Shown here: piece by piece, positions 24,790-38,279 of the stretch
Numbering within the stretch: position 1 is the first letter of the stretch
Layout of the letters: the number at the start of each line of letters is the position of its first letter
NCBI GenBank assembly: GCA_038087875.1
Contig: CM075993.1
Span: 2,978,001 to 3,042,000, forward strand
Reading direction: 5' to 3'
Source: Malacoraja senta
Taxonomy: Eukaryota
DNA: 64,000 nt
Position numbers and translations under genes: made by a program
The notes under the pieces: model-generated
Seen by the model: only the letters and a program-made list of their open reading frames with translations
Told to the model about the DNA's origin: nothing
Database searches by the model: none

Positions 24790-25934
24790 CCACCCGCCGT
24801 GAACGAATGAATGAATAAGTTTATTGGCCAAGTATTCACATGCAAGGAATTTGCCTTGGTGCTCCGCCCACAAGTGACAACATGGCACACAGCGACAGTT
24901 AGGAACGACACACAAAACATTAAACATTAATAATAAAACTGCATGTTGTTCAACAACACAGTGCGGTGCGGTGCGATGTTAGATCTTCGACCGCCGGCCT
25001 GCGGCCTACACCATCTTGAAGCCGCGGTCTCCGGTAGGGAGGCACCGATTCTGGACTTACCTTGCCTGTACATCTGGCCGCCCGCAGCGGCGACTACTGA
25101 GGGTCGTGGTCCCAACCACGGGGGGGAAATGGAGGAGGACTGGCTAAGCTTTGTGCCTTCCACCACCAGTGATGAATGCTGTGGTGAATGTTTGTGTTCA
25201 CTTTTTATTGTGTATTGTGTGTTGTTTTTCATCGTGCCGCTGCTGGCAAATTCATTTCACTGCCCTTTACTGTGTACGTGACGAATAAATCTGACTTGAC
25301 TTGACTAGTAAACGCTCATTTATTAACCAATGTTGGCACCACAACTTTATGCATTGAAAGAAAGTCTTGGTGTTCATTTTGCCTCTTGTTACATCCAGAT
25401 TAATTCACGGCGGTAAGGTTTAAATTTAGAAAAAATCAGGAGTGACATTGTTGGTTAAATTTGATAAGTCTTGGGGAAAATGTATTCAACATTTTCACAC
25501 GACATAAATTGTTCCCTCTCCAACCGTTATAAAAATTATTTTACCTTTCTATGGTGGAACGGACTTGACGACAACAGGGACTTAAATTGTTGAAATTCTC
25601 CGCAGATTCTGGTTTGCTTTTTTTTCTAGTTTAGGTTAGGTATACCTGTTATTAATGTAATCCTGATCCCTTTGTATCAATATCGCTGCTATGTTCATCA
25701 TTATTTGTTTTGTTTTGTTTTTGTTTTTGGGGAAAAAAAGCTAATAAAAAGATTTTAAAAGAAAGAAAGAAAGGATGGCTTGGGGTGCTCTGGTTTTGCT
25801 GCTTGCAGGGGAAACATTGCCTCTCACGTTTGAAGGGAACAAAAGGCTTTCAGGACCTCTCAGTGTGCGAATGGACAGATATTGCTCAGCCGATGGGGGA
25901 CTTCGGGAAGCAACGTTGAGAATATGATTGAAGC

Positions 25935-26295
25935 CAGATATTGTATTGTATATCTTTATTGTCATTTCCTGAGTATTCACATACCCAGAGGAAACAAAAA
26001 AACGTTCCTCAACCAGTGTCCATTTCAATGTGCAGTGAAAAATAAATAGAAGTAAAAATACATATATCATAAACAAATTAATACTCTACTCTCTACTAAA
26101 CATCAACAGGCGTTCCGATCGGCAGCGGCACGACAGTGGCTCTGCTGCAGTGTGTCCAGGTTGGTGGTTGGTGCACCATACTTTGGCAGGGGGGCAAAGT
26201 CCGTTTATCAGTCTTATAACCTGCGGGAAGAAGCTGAGGAGCATCCTGCTGGTTTTGCACCTAATGCTCCTGTACCCCTTCCCAGATGGCAGGAT
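25935..26295 (-). mobile_element. Rex1/Babar-like LINE 3' end
   Basis: Minus-strand LPSGKGYRSIRCKTSRMLLSFFPQVIRLIN; 3' GACAATAAAG and short tandem tail. Confidence 0.65.
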
Positions 26296-27152
26296 ATTCT
26301 TTGAACTGTAATCGTGTACAACATGCGGTTTAAAAAAAAAAAAAGGGGAGGAGATTGAGAAGCAAATAGTTTGGACAGAATGAACAGCTGCAACAAGGAA
26401 ACATATGGGCTTTGGCAGCTTAATTGCAAACTAATTGCAGATTGATTCTAACATACACAAGGACAATGATTGCAAAGTAAACAAATGCAAGCAAACATCT
26501 TTCCATTGAAGCATAAATAGCAAGCACTGATGAGCTTGGACTCCCAGCTTTAATACCTCTTCTAAATTATTTCAGCACTGTCTTATTAAAAAGTAGAGGA
26601 CATTAATCAAATAAACGAGACCAGGATTTGTTGAAGTTGTGGTGTTGGGAGGAAAAAGCAACACTGTGAGACAAATGGATGTTCTTTCACATTTTGGCAT
26701 CTATATTACCATGCAACCAATTTGACTTTGCCCCTTGTAACGAGCAGGGGATGTACACGATAAGGCAGAGGTTGTAAAAACCAGTGCAGGGATCCATTTT
26801 GTTGGTGCGGAAGGTAGACAAAAGTGCTGGAGAAACTCAGCGGGTGCAGCAGCATCTATGGAGCGAAGGAGATAGGCAACGTTTCGGGTTGAAGTCCAGC
26901 TGACTTGATATTGAACCTTATCCTCTGGGTCTCTCTGGACGACGTGAGGATTTGTTTTTTTTCCGATTTCAACACAAGTGTTTTCCGGGTCTAATCTCCT
27001 GTCTCCGTGTCAACAGGCCGGGTCTGCGGCCGAGATCCATGTGCAGGAAGGAACTGCAGACGCTGGTTTAAACCGAAGATAAGACACAGAGTGCCGGAGT
27101 GACTCAGCGGGACTGCCGAGATTAATATGGTGGTTGAAACGTTTTACTACCC

Positions 27153-28006
27153 AGACTTAGACTTAGATTTAGACTTAGATTCCTTTATTGTCATTCAGAC
27201 CATTCGGTCTGAACGAAACTTCGTTGCCTGGAGTCATACATATAATAAATAACAAAACACACAATAAACACAAATTAACATCCACCACAGTGAGTTCACC
27301 AGGCACCTCCTCACTGTGATGGAGGCAAAAGTCTTAAAGTCTCTGTCTCTTCCCTCGTTGTTCTCCCTCTGCGCTGAGGCGATCCAGGCTTCTGACGGTG
27401 TGACCCCGCCGGGTGATGGTAAGTCAGTCAGTCCCGCGGCTGAATCCGTGCTCCGTCCGCGACGGGCCGGTTCAAACTCCGCGGCCCGGGGTGGCCAAAG
27501 CTGCCGCCCTCCAGTCCAGCGGACGCAGCTGTAGTTGCGGGAGCTCCAGAAAAACAGGTCACCCACCTGTGACCTGCGAGCTCCCGACGATGTCGTCCAA
27601 CGGGCCCGCGGCCGAGCCTCCGGACTCAGGTCGCCACCAGCGTCCTCAGTCGCCACCGCCGGAACGCCGCCGCAGCCCCCGAAGCCGGCCAGCCCCGCGC
27701 TGGTAAGTCCTGGCTCTGCCTCCGGAGCCTCGAGGTCGGTCGGTCGGTCGCAGTTGGAGTTGGAGGCCGGCAGCTCCGCCATTTTGGCCTCAGCGCAGAC
27801 GGAGGCAGAGAAGGGGGATACGACAAGAAAAAGTCGCATTCCCCCGAAGGAAGAGACAAAAGTCATGTTTCACCCCCCCACCCCACAAATACACAACCCA
27901 ATAAACTAAAATTTAACTAAAACAGGACAAAAGAAAACAACAAAAAAAGTAAAAACAGACGGACTGCAGGCGAGCCGCAGCCGTGCAACAGCGCCGCCAC
28001 TTCCGG
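27153..28006 (-). mobile_element. GC-rich non-autonomous retroelement with (TCTAAG)n tail
   Basis: 5' CCGGAAGTGGCGGCG; 3' CATCACAGTGAG..CTCACTGTGGTG hairpin, GACAATAAA and tandem tail; related 3' ends at ~24960-25305 and ~54260-54450. Confidence 0.6.
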
Positions 28007-28289
28007 ACATTGAAGCTAACCCTGAAGAAGGGTTTTGGCCCGAAACGTTGCCTATTTCCTTCGCTCCATAGATGCTGCCTCACCCGCTGAGTTTCTCCAG
28101 CATTTTTGTCTACCTTCGATTTTCCAGCATCTGCAGTTCCGTCTTAAACATTCAAGCTCCCCCTTCCAGCCCACTCTGGCATTCGATGTGATCATGGCCC
28201 ACACCAACTCCTCCAATAGTAACAGCACATTTGTTAACTGGCCTCCAAATGCGATTAATTGTGAGGTATTCTCTAACCTCATATCCATG

Positions 28290-28582
28290 TTGGCGCAGCG
28301 GTAGAGTTGCTGCCTCACAGCGCTGGAGACCCGGGTTCGATCCCGACTACGGGTGCTGTCTGTACGGGGTTTGTACCTTCTCCCCGTGACCTGCGTGGGT
28401 TTTGTCCGAGATCTTCGGTTTCCTCCCGCACTCCAAAGACGTACAGGTTTGTAGGTTAATTGGCTTGGTGTAAATGTCAAAATGTCCCTAGGACATGGGT
28501 GTAGGATCGTGCTCGTGTGTGTGCGGGGATCGCTGGGAGTCGCGGACGGTGGGCCGAAGGGCCTGTACTGTCCTATGTTCTA
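28290..28582 (+). mobile_element. V-SINE (HE1-like)
   Basis: A box TGGCGCAGCGG, B box GGTTCGATCC, V-domain, tail. Confidence 0.9.
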
Positions 28583-29176
28583 CAACATCACTCTGGCCAA
28601 TGTTTGATAGGAATAAATCGGAGTTTACATAGAAACATAGAAAAATAGGTGCAGGAGTGGGCCATTCGGCCCTTCGATCATCTGAAATCACTGCCCCGTT
28701 CCTGCTTTTTCCCCATATCCCTTGATTCCTTTAGCCCTAAGAGCGACTGTATATCTAAGTTTAACACCATAACACCGCGTACCCACACACTCTCTTCATC
28801 ACCTTCACTATAAACCACTCACACTGTTCCATTAGCTTAGGTTTTTAATTGAGATGTTGGGAGGTTTTGTTACAAATCTAATCTAACGACTTTCTCCTCA
28901 CTGGAAGAACAAAAGTTCCCAACTGACAAGAGTCCCTGAGATTCATCAACCAACTCTTTTTTAATTAAAATACTGAATGAAAGAAAAGGATAAAAGGGTT
29001 GCTATCAATTCCTTTATAGCCTGCAGTCCCTTGTGATCAATATGTAGGGATGGAAGTCAAACAGGCGAGCATTTTTTCCCCCTTTGAGTGGAAATTGAGA
29101 GGGATTGTAGCAGGTGAATCGAGGACCAGAGGACATCGGTTTAAGGAGCGATGTCCTCTGGTCCTCGTTCCCCCTT

Positions 29177-29424
29177 AGGGTCTGTCCCACTTTCACGACC
29201 TAATTCATGACCTTTTTTACTCGTGGACATTTTTCATCAGGCTAGAAAAACGCCCCGAACTACTTGATGCCACGAGTACCTACGACTAGCATCACGGCCT
29301 ACCTACAACCTACCTACGACCTCCTACGACCTCCTACGACCTCGTGACGACCATGCTGCGAGTATGAGTCAAGGGCAAACTCGGCAGAGGTCGTGAATTA
29401 GGTGGTGAAAGTGGGACAGGCCCT
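29177..29424. mobile_element. Harbinger-like MITE
   Basis: TIR AGGGTCTGTCCCACTTTCAC / GTGAAAGTGGGACAGGCCCT; internal CTACGACCTC repeats. Confidence 0.75.
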
Positions 29425-30585
29425 TTACTCTTGGCAAGAGACTTTGTGCGTCTCCCTGATGGTTTCTCATCCACGTCCAACACACCAGGTAAAAAATTAA
29501 CCTTGCAGCCCGCAAGTCTTTGGGATGCGGAAGGAAACCGGAGCACCTGGTGGAAGCCCACGAGGTCACAGGGAGAATGTGCAATCCTGTGCCGAATCCA
29601 CAGTACCTGTCCAAATGTTTTTTTTAAACATCGTCCCAAACACCCACCACCCTTCGTGTAAAACAAGTTGCCCCTCTGGTAGTCCTATTAAATATTTCCC
29701 CCTTCACCTTAAACCAGACAATTCGGAATGCAGAAATCAGAACAATATATTCAACACAATGATATTAGAACAATAGTTGGAAATTATTCCAGACATCCTG
29801 AAAATACAACGTATAGTTTCATTTTCACATTAGAAACATCCTCCAGTTTTCTGCCTGAATTTATCCAGTCTACAGTAAGATAATCCATCAAGTATTTAAA
29901 ACAGAACTCTCACTACCCTGAAGTAAGGCAGATCGGAATCTGCCCGCCGAATTGATATATTTTTAAATTACTTTAAGTGATTGTTAAGTGACTTAGTTCT
30001 CCTTTCACTGTGGAATATACTGCATGTATTTCCAATCATGATAAATTATTGGACGTTGTCGAATTTTATAGGGAGGAGATAAGAAGTTTTTTATGTAGCT
30101 TCTCAGCTCAATAGTTCCGCAATCATATCTATTTACATTTATGGGACTGTATTCCTATTTATTTATTGTCGTCAGGGAAAATTTCATAAGATATTCTGGA
30201 AAGGCTGGGAGCAGTTGCTCAAGTGTACAACAGTCAGCTCCACCAACCTGGGATCATGACAGAATCCTCCTCGTTGCGATTCCCCGAAAACGACGGCACG
30301 ATCCACTTTGTGACGCGTGGGTGCGACCAATTCTGTCAACATGTTGGACGACGACAGAAGCCAAGAGCGAGCTACACGTCGTCTGACACACGAGCGAACG
30401 AACCTGCTCCGGTGATCAGGGTTCAATCCTGACCTCCGGTGCTGCCTGCGTGGAGTTTGCATGTTCTTCAGTTTCCCGTGAGGACTGCAGTTTCCTCCCA
30501 CATCCCAAAAGATTCAGATTATTTGGCCACCCTAGCGTGCATGTGTGTCGGGGGAACTTAGTTTCGTTTAGTTTAGGTGTATGGT

Positions 30586-30975
30586 CACCTTGTGATCCTG
30601 AGAGCGATGCCGTCTGGAGCCATGCTCCTGGTAGGGCCACCCATGGCGGTAAGGTCGAGGGGGAGGTCTGGTCTCTGGCAAAGAGCAATCCAACCAAGAC
30701 CTCAACGGTGGAACAGGCGGAGGACAATGGCTGACCTTAGTGGAGCGTCACAACGGCTGGGAAGGCGGATGAAGGCTGCAGCAGAAAAGGGTCTCCGGTA
30801 GTCTTGGACTCCATGCCACTGGATCCTGACCCAGATCTGTCAAGGACCGTGGGGTGGCTGTCTGTGCACCAGTCTCCCCACGTTAAACAAAGTCACGCAC
30901 AGGCGTCCTCCATAGAGGGAATAGCACCCTGGATACATCCATGGTCAGCCACGGCCGAAGGGTGCCTAAGAAGAG
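30586..30975 (+). mobile_element. RTE-derived non-autonomous element (5'UTR-like sequence plus AAGAAG tail)
   Basis: GAGCCATGC..AGGGCCACCCATGGCGG resembles RTE (BovB/Expander) 5'UTRs from memory; GTATGGT direct repeat at 30579-30585 and 30976-30982. Confidence 0.55.
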
Positions 30976-31014
30976 GTATGGTGTGGAAACATGCCCTTTG
31001 GCCCACCAAGTCAG

Positions 31015-31400
31015 CTATCCCTAAGAGCCCTATCTAACTCTCTCTGGAAATCATCCAGAGAACCGGCCTCCACCGCCCTCTGAGGCAGAGAATTCCACAG
31101 ACTCACAACTCTCTGTGTGAAAAAGTGTTTCCTCGTCTGCGTTTTAAATGGCTTACCCCTTATTCTTAAACTATGGCCCCTGGTTCTGGACTCCCCCAAC
31201 ACCGGGAACATGTTTCCTGCCTCTAACGTGTCCAATCCCTTAATAATTTTACATGTTTCTGTAAGATCCCCTCCCATCCTTCTAAATTCCAGTGAATACA
31301 TGCCCAGTCGCTCCATTCTTTCATCATATGACAGTCCCGCCATCCCGGGAATTAACCATGTGAACCTCCGCTGCACTCCCTCAATAACAAGAATGTCCTT
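31015..31400 (-). mobile_element. CR1 LINE RT C-terminal fragment (a second CR1 3' end follows to ~31680)
   Basis: KDILVIEGVQRRFTWLIPGMAGLSYDERMERLG..FFTQRVVSLWNSLP. Confidence 0.92.
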
Positions 31401-34400
31401 CTGCAAATTTTGTGATATAGAAACATAGAAAATAGGTGCAGGAGGAGGCCATTCGGCCCTTCGAGCCAGCACCGCCATTCATTGTGATCATGGCTGATCG
31501 TCCCCAATCAATAACCCGTGCCTGCCTTCTCCCCATATCCCTTGATTCCACTAGCCCCTAGAGCTCTATCTAACTCTCTCTTAATTTGGCCTCCACTGCC
31601 CTCTGTGGTAAGGAATTCCACAAATTCACAACTCTCTGGATGAAATTTTTTTTCTCTCACCTCAGTCTTAAATGGCCTCCTCAGTCTTCAATGACGTTTT
31701 GGGCCGAGACTCTTCTTCAGACTGGTGAAGATTTGGAACTATATCTGCAGTCTCCATTTTCCCGCCAGCATTTTTTACTGAAGATTTTTTGTCAGTTTAA
31801 AACTTGCTGCAAGAAGGAAAATATTTTGAGTTAGTGGGAGGTGAAGTGATAAAAATCTCCAGAAACACCTTTGACAGTAACCCCATCCCCCCTTGCATCT
31901 TAAGATTCAATTGCCTCTGACAATTGAATCTTAGTTCCAGACCAAACACAGTTAAACCTAGTTGCATGAATTCAAGTCTCATGCACAAGCTCAATCAAAA
32001 TTTACAAGTGCTTCATAAAATATATATATGCAAATTTTCTTCTATTGCAAATTCAATATAAAACGATGCTATCCAATCTCTGAAGGTAATGAAGACTTAA
32101 GAATATTTATCTTCAAATCCTGATCGTTCAGCTGTGGGAAATCATCCAATAACAGCTGCTAATATTTGACCTGTGCTGGAGTAACTCAGTGGGACAGGCA
32201 GCATCTCTGGAGAGAAGGAATCGGGTTGAGACCCTTCTTCAGACTCAACGTCACCCATTCCTTCTCTCCAGAGATGCTGCCTGTCCCGCTGAGTTGCTCC
32301 AGCATTTTGTGTCTATCCTCGGATTAAACCAGCACCTGCAGTTCCTCCCGACACATTAGATTACTATGAAGGTCCTCAGTGTGTGTAGGATAGTGTTAAT
32401 ATTCAGAGATCGCTGCCCAGTGTTTCCGCTCTGTAATTCGAAACTAAACAACTAAACAGAACTGAACTGAATGTCCAAATCTGCGCAACCGCCCCCAATA
32501 GCTCAGGCCCTCGAGTCCTGGCAACATTTTTACACGTTGGTAATAGCGTCTCTTGCATATATCTAATTGAAATGCGTCAATGAGGGATTTCTTTAACGGC
32601 AGAAACTATTCCACCACAGTTCAAATCGTGTCTCCTGGTGTCATTCAATTGGATTTGACTGCTGTCACTTAATTTCTGATTCCCTCTGTTCCTTTGTCCT
32701 TTACGATTAAGACCTTTAATGGATTGTTACCCATTACAATACTTATCATATGGGTTTGAGAAATGATTTGTGAAAGCTTGCAATCGATTGCAATCTCTTC
32801 CATTCCAATCCATGTCTGGTACAATCTAATGCCTTGAAGCCACATTTTTATCAACACGTCCCCTTATAACGCATCCCTGCTGAACTCCTGGTTATATTTT
32901 ACAGCCTTTAGATCTGTGCTAATAGCTCTTCTGGTGTTCATTACACCTTTGTCCACTGAACCTGAGAGATAGATTGGTAATAGGGTCATAGAGTCACAAT
33001 TGATATACTGTGAAAACAGGCCCTTCAGCCCACCGACCAACATGCCCCATCTACATTAGTACCACATGCCCACGTTTGGCCCATATCCCTCTAAACCTGT
33101 CCTATCCATGTACCTTGTCTAATAGTTTCTTAAATGTTGCGATAGTCCCGGCCTCAACTACCTCCTCCGGCAGCTCGTTCCATGCACCCACCCTCCTTTG
33201 CGTGAAAAGGTTACCCCTCAGATTCCTATTAAATCTTTTCCCCTTCACCTGTTATGTTTCTCGATTCGCCTACTCTGGGCGAGAGGCTCTGTGCGTCTAC
33301 CCGATCGATTCCTCTCATTTAATTTCATGTTTTATGTGTCATTCCAAACTATCACTTGCGGGCAGAGCACCAAGGCAAATTCCTTGTATGTGAATACTTG
33401 GCCAATGAACGTATTCCCTCATGATTTTATAGACCTCTGTAGGAGGTGTCCGGTAATGTTCAGGAGAGAAGCAAACACCTTACTACTTTCCAATAAACCT
33501 ACCATGAACGAAAGCTTTTCACTGTACCTCGGTACATGTGACTATAACCTCTGATCCCTCACCAACACTAATACATCCCTCCTCAGATATGGGGCCCCAA
33601 AAACTGTTCTGAATACTCCAGATGCGGTCAGTTCCATCAGATCTCTATTGTCTGAAGAAGAGTCACCCATTCCTTCCATCTGGAGATGCTGCCTGTCCTG
33701 CTGAGTTACTCCAGCTTTTTTCTTTAGTTCAGTTTAGAGATACAGCCCACAAGCCTGTAGGTCTTTGGAGTGCGGGAGGAAACCGAGGTTCTCGGAGAAA
33801 ACCCACGCAGGTGACGGGGAGAAGGTACAAACTCCGCACAGACAGCGCCCGTAGTCGGGATCGAACCCGGGTCTCCGGCGCTGTGAGGCACCGACTCTAC
33901 CACTGCGCCCACTGTGTCTACCTTCGGAGTAAACCAGCATCTGCAGTTCCTTCCTCCGCAGATCACCAGCGTTCTTGTGTCAATACAATGGAGGAACAGA
34001 AATGGGGAAAGGACACACAATGTGCTGTCCACGCATGGATAGGCTGTTAATAGATCATTAATAGTACAGATCAGACGTAATGATGCAGGACAATTGTAGA
34101 TCACTGCAAGTGGAAAATCAATATTTAATGAGGGGACAATTAGGTTGCTAGGGGAAAAAAAATGCAGGCTTGAGGAAAGGAAATGAATTGTCTGGAGAAG
34201 CTTGAAGCTTTCAGGTTAAATATACGCAAAATGCTTGAATGACTTGAGGTGATAACGTCCTCGATTTGCATTGAGAATAGGTTCAGCGGGAAACACTTTC
34301 TCTGTCAGCTGTGGACTGGCAACGTTCAAAGATTTAGTTTAGCTTAGTTTAGCCTAGAGACACAGCGCGGAAACAGGCCCTTCTGTCCGCGCCGACCAGC

Positions 34401-34873
34401 GATCCCTGCACACTCACACTAGGGACAATTTTACATCGAGACCAAGCCGACCTGGAGTGTGGGGGGGAAGTGAAGATCTCGGAGAAAACTCACTGAACCT
34501 GAGAGATGGGTTGTTAATAGAGTCATCGTGTTATAGAGTGAAAACAGGCCCTTCGGCCCAACTTGCCCACACTGACTAACATGTCCCAGCTACACTAGTC
34601 CCACATGCCTGCGTTTGGCCCATATCCCTCCAAACCTGTCCTATCCATGTACCTGCCTAACTGTTTCATAAACGTTGCGATAGTCCCCGCCTCAACTACC
34701 TCCCTCTGGCAGCTTGTTCCATACACCCACAACAACTTTGTGTGAAAAGGTTCCTACTAAATCTTTTCTCCTTCACCTTGAACCTCTGGTGAAGGTCCTC
34801 TGGTCCTCGATTCCCCTACTCTGGGCGAAGTACCACAAAAACAACCGTACGATTTTCCACCCTAACTCCCTCA

Positions 34874-35203
34874 CGGGCCTGTCCCACTTACGCGACTTTT
34901 TCGGCGTCTGCCGGCACCCGTCATCGGTCGTTGCAGGTCGCCGAAAATTTTCAACATGTTGAAAATCCAGCAGCAACCAGAAGAAGGTACGACTCTTTGG
35001 GCGACTATTCACGACCGTACAGGCTTCACCCCGCGACATGTGGCCTGTCTGGTCGTGAGTCGTCTCCTCAGTCGCCCAAAGAGTCGTAGTGTCTTTCTGG
35101 TCGTCGCTGGATTTTCAACGTGTTTGGAAATTTCGGCGACCTGCAACGACCTATGACGGGAGCCGGCAGTCGCTGAAAAAGTCGCGTAAGTGGGACAGGC
35201 CCA
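34874..35203. mobile_element. Harbinger-like MITE with long TIRs
   Basis: GGGCCTGTCCCACTTACGCGACTTTTTC / GAAAAAGTCGCGTAAGTGGGACAGGCCC. Confidence 0.8.
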
Positions 35204-35207
35204 TTAC

Positions 35208-35610
35208 ATAGAAACATAGAAACATGGAAAATAGGTGCAGGAGGCCATTCGGCCCTTCGAACCTGCACCGCCATTCGATATAATCATGGCTGATCATCCA
35301 ACTCAGTATCCTGTACCTGCCTTCTCTCCATACCCCCCGATCCCTTTAGCCACAAGGGCCACATCTAACTCCCTCTTAAATATAGCCAATGAACTGGCCT
35401 CAACTACCCTCTGTGGCAGAGAATTCCACCACTGTCTGTGTGAGAAAAAAAATTCTCATCTAGGTCCTAAAAGACTTCCCCCTTATCCTTAAACTGTGTG
35501 ACCCCTTGTTCTGGACTTCCCCAACATCGGGAACAATCTTCCTGCATCTCGCCTGTCCAACCCTTTAAGAATTTTGTACGTTTCTGTAAGATCTCCCCTC
35601 AATCTTCTTC
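35208..35610 (-). mobile_element. CR1 LINE 3' end
   Basis: Homologous to 21493-21920. Confidence 0.9.
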
Positions 35611-36719
35611 TTAAGCCTCCTCATCTTTGAACCTCTGCTCCCAATCTGTCTTGTTCTTCGTCTCTCTGTAGATACTGAACCTTTCCTCCTACCCCTGCCG
35701 ATGAGAGAAAGTCACTACATCTGACCTTCCAGTTGTGGACTGTTTCCAATGGCAGGGATCTGACTGCAGTTGTTGAGACAGAGTCTGCTGGCCTCGCTGT
35801 GTCGGGCTGGTGTCAGTAAACCCGGGCTTAATGGAACATCAATTACCAGTATTTTTTTAAGACGTCTTAAATCGCCTCCGCACCGCAACACAATACTCCC
35901 TGAAGGCAGCGTGTTCAAAGCGAGCCTGATTCAGGCAGTTCAGTAACTCTGTAAACAGGCGGGGAAGAACTGCAGATGCTGGTTGAAATCGAAGAGTCGC
36001 TGCCTGTCCCGCTGAGTTACTCCAGCATTTTGTGTCGGACTCTGTAAACACCAACGGGCCCTGCCCTCTGCAAAGACTGTGCCGTCTCGTCCGATGCCAC
36101 CCCAGGATTGTGAGTGACCCTTCCACAGCGCCCTGTGCCAGCCTCACCCCTTGCCCCTTACCCCATGGGCACCAGTAATGGTGCGGCCGCTGCCCGCTGG
36201 AAGATCCTCCCCTGGTGACCAAGCAGGGCTGTGTTGGAAGGAACTGCAGATGCTGGTTTACACCGAAGATAGACACAAAAAGCTGGAGTAACTCAGCGGG
36301 ACAGGCAGCATCTCTGGAGAGAAGGAATGGGTGACGTTTCAGGTCGAGACCCTTCTTCAGACTCTGAACAGTCTGTAGAAGGGCCTTGACCCAGAATGTG
36401 TTCCTCTGCTCTGTTTGCTAGCAGGCTCTGTGTTTATTCCCACAGCTCTGAAAATGTTTGAAATGCCAAGCCAATGATACCCTGCAGTGAGGCTGGTCTC
36501 AGTGGCTTCTCCATCACAGTGAGATCATCATTCCTGGCCTTCCATCACATCCCCGACAAAGGGCTTCACCTTTCGGACAAAGAGCTGGGTTTTGAAGAAT
36601 GTCTCACAGGAGAGAGAGAGAGAGATAGAGAGGGGGGAGAGAGAGAGAGGGGGGGGAGAGGGAGGGGGAGGGAGAGGGAGAGATGAAGAGGGAGAGGGGG
36701 GGAGGGAGTGGGGGAGGGA

Positions 36720-36919
36720 NNNNNNNNNNNNNNNNNNNNNNNNNNNNNNNNNNNNNNNNNNNNNNNNNNNNNNNNNNNNNNNNNNNNNNNNNNNNNNNNN
36801 NNNNNNNNNNNNNNNNNNNNNNNNNNNNNNNNNNNNNNNNNNNNNNNNNNNNNNNNNNNNNNNNNNNNNNNNNNNNNNNNNNNNNNNNNNNNNNNNNNNN
36901 NNNNNNNNNNNNNNNNNNN
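36720..36919. other. Assembly gap (200 N) after a GA-rich repeat
   Basis: Run of N. Confidence 1.
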
Positions 36920-37757
36920 AGTATATTGAACTGAACTGTTCTGTATTTATGCTTACAATACTCTGTTGTGCTGCAGCAAGGAAGAATGTCATTGTCCTAA
37001 TCTGGGACACACGACAATACATTCTTTGACTTGCGAATCTAGCTTGGTTGGACAACATGCGGAAACAAAGGTTTTCACTGTACACAAGAAATTAATAAAG
37101 CTAAAAACTAAACCCAAAATTAAATCACATTGGTTTTATTACCCAAACTCCAGCTACTTGTCTCAACCAAGATACAGCGTAGATACTACGAGGGCCAAAG
37201 CAGAACCTGACCTATTCCATTCCAGCACGGAGGAGCAGCGGGTAGAACTGCTGGCTCACGGCGCCTGTGATGCTTCCCGATGAACGGCTCTCTGTGGAAT
37301 CCAACACAGACGCGTCTTGTTATCAGGAGTCAGAGCTGAGTGCTGTGCACTGCAAACTCAAGCCTCGGGGAAGGCACATTAAATGTCTTTGGGGTTTGAT
37401 GGCTTGAACATAAGCCGAGAGAATTAATACCCAAATAGACTTCTGGACATTTTTACATCAGCTGGTTCTTTAAAAAAAAACACACTCTAAAGATTAATTA
37501 TGGCTATTTGCTTCCCCAATGTTGCCCATGGATTACATTCAATTACTACTGAAGTGGTTGCAGAGGGTAAGTGATTAGTTACTGTGCTTGCCACCCTGCC
37601 CTTCTGTGGCCCTGCCTTAAGAACAATTGGACATATACAATGTGAAGAAGGGTTTCGGCCCGAAACGTTGCCTATTTCCTTCGCTCCACAGATGCTGCCG
37701 CACCCGCTGAGCTTCTCCAGCATTTCGTCTACCTACAATGCTTTAATTGTACTTTTA

Positions 37758-38279
37758 AGGGCCTGTCCCACTGTACGAGGTTCCCCTGAGTTTTCCCCCG
37801 ATTCGAACTCGGAGAATGTACGTAGCAGGTCCGTAGGAGCTCGTGGATGTCAAGTAGCGGCTCATACGAGTAACGGTAGGTACTCGGGAAATCCGGTAAA
37901 CTCGTGACGTTTTTTCAACACTGTGAAAAATGTCCACGAGAAAAAAATACTCGTGATGAAAAAAGTTGTTAAGGGGCTGTCCCACTGTACGAGGTAATTC
38001 AAGAGCTCTCCCGAGTAAAAAAAAAAATCAAACTCGTGGTAAGCACGTAGAATGTACGTAGCGGGTACGTCGGAGCTCGGGGACGTCTCTTAGCGGCTCG
38101 TAACGCTAACGGCAGGTACTCGGGAAACGCGGTAAGCTCGTGAAGATTTTGCAACATGTTGAAAAAGGTCCACGAGAACCCCGAGTACCCACGAGCGGCC
38201 ATTACCGTAAATCTCCAAGTTCGAATCAGGGAAAACTCGGGAGAACTCTTGAATTAGCTCGTACAGTGGGACAGGCCCT
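37758..38279. mobile_element. Two adjacent Harbinger-like MITEs (truncated 37758-37968; complete 37972-38279)
   Basis: AGGG(C/G)CTGTCCCACTGTACGAG left TIRs, CTCGTACAGTGGGACAGGCCCT right TIR, TTA flanks. Confidence 0.8.

Noticed and set aside
27234..27909. 210-aa and 124-aa GC-rich ORFs
   Set aside because: They lie inside a GC-rich repeat that is open in several frames and show no domain features
28290..28350. tRNA genes suggested by A/B boxes
   Set aside because: These are SINE heads that run into the V-domain and lack a complete cloverleaf
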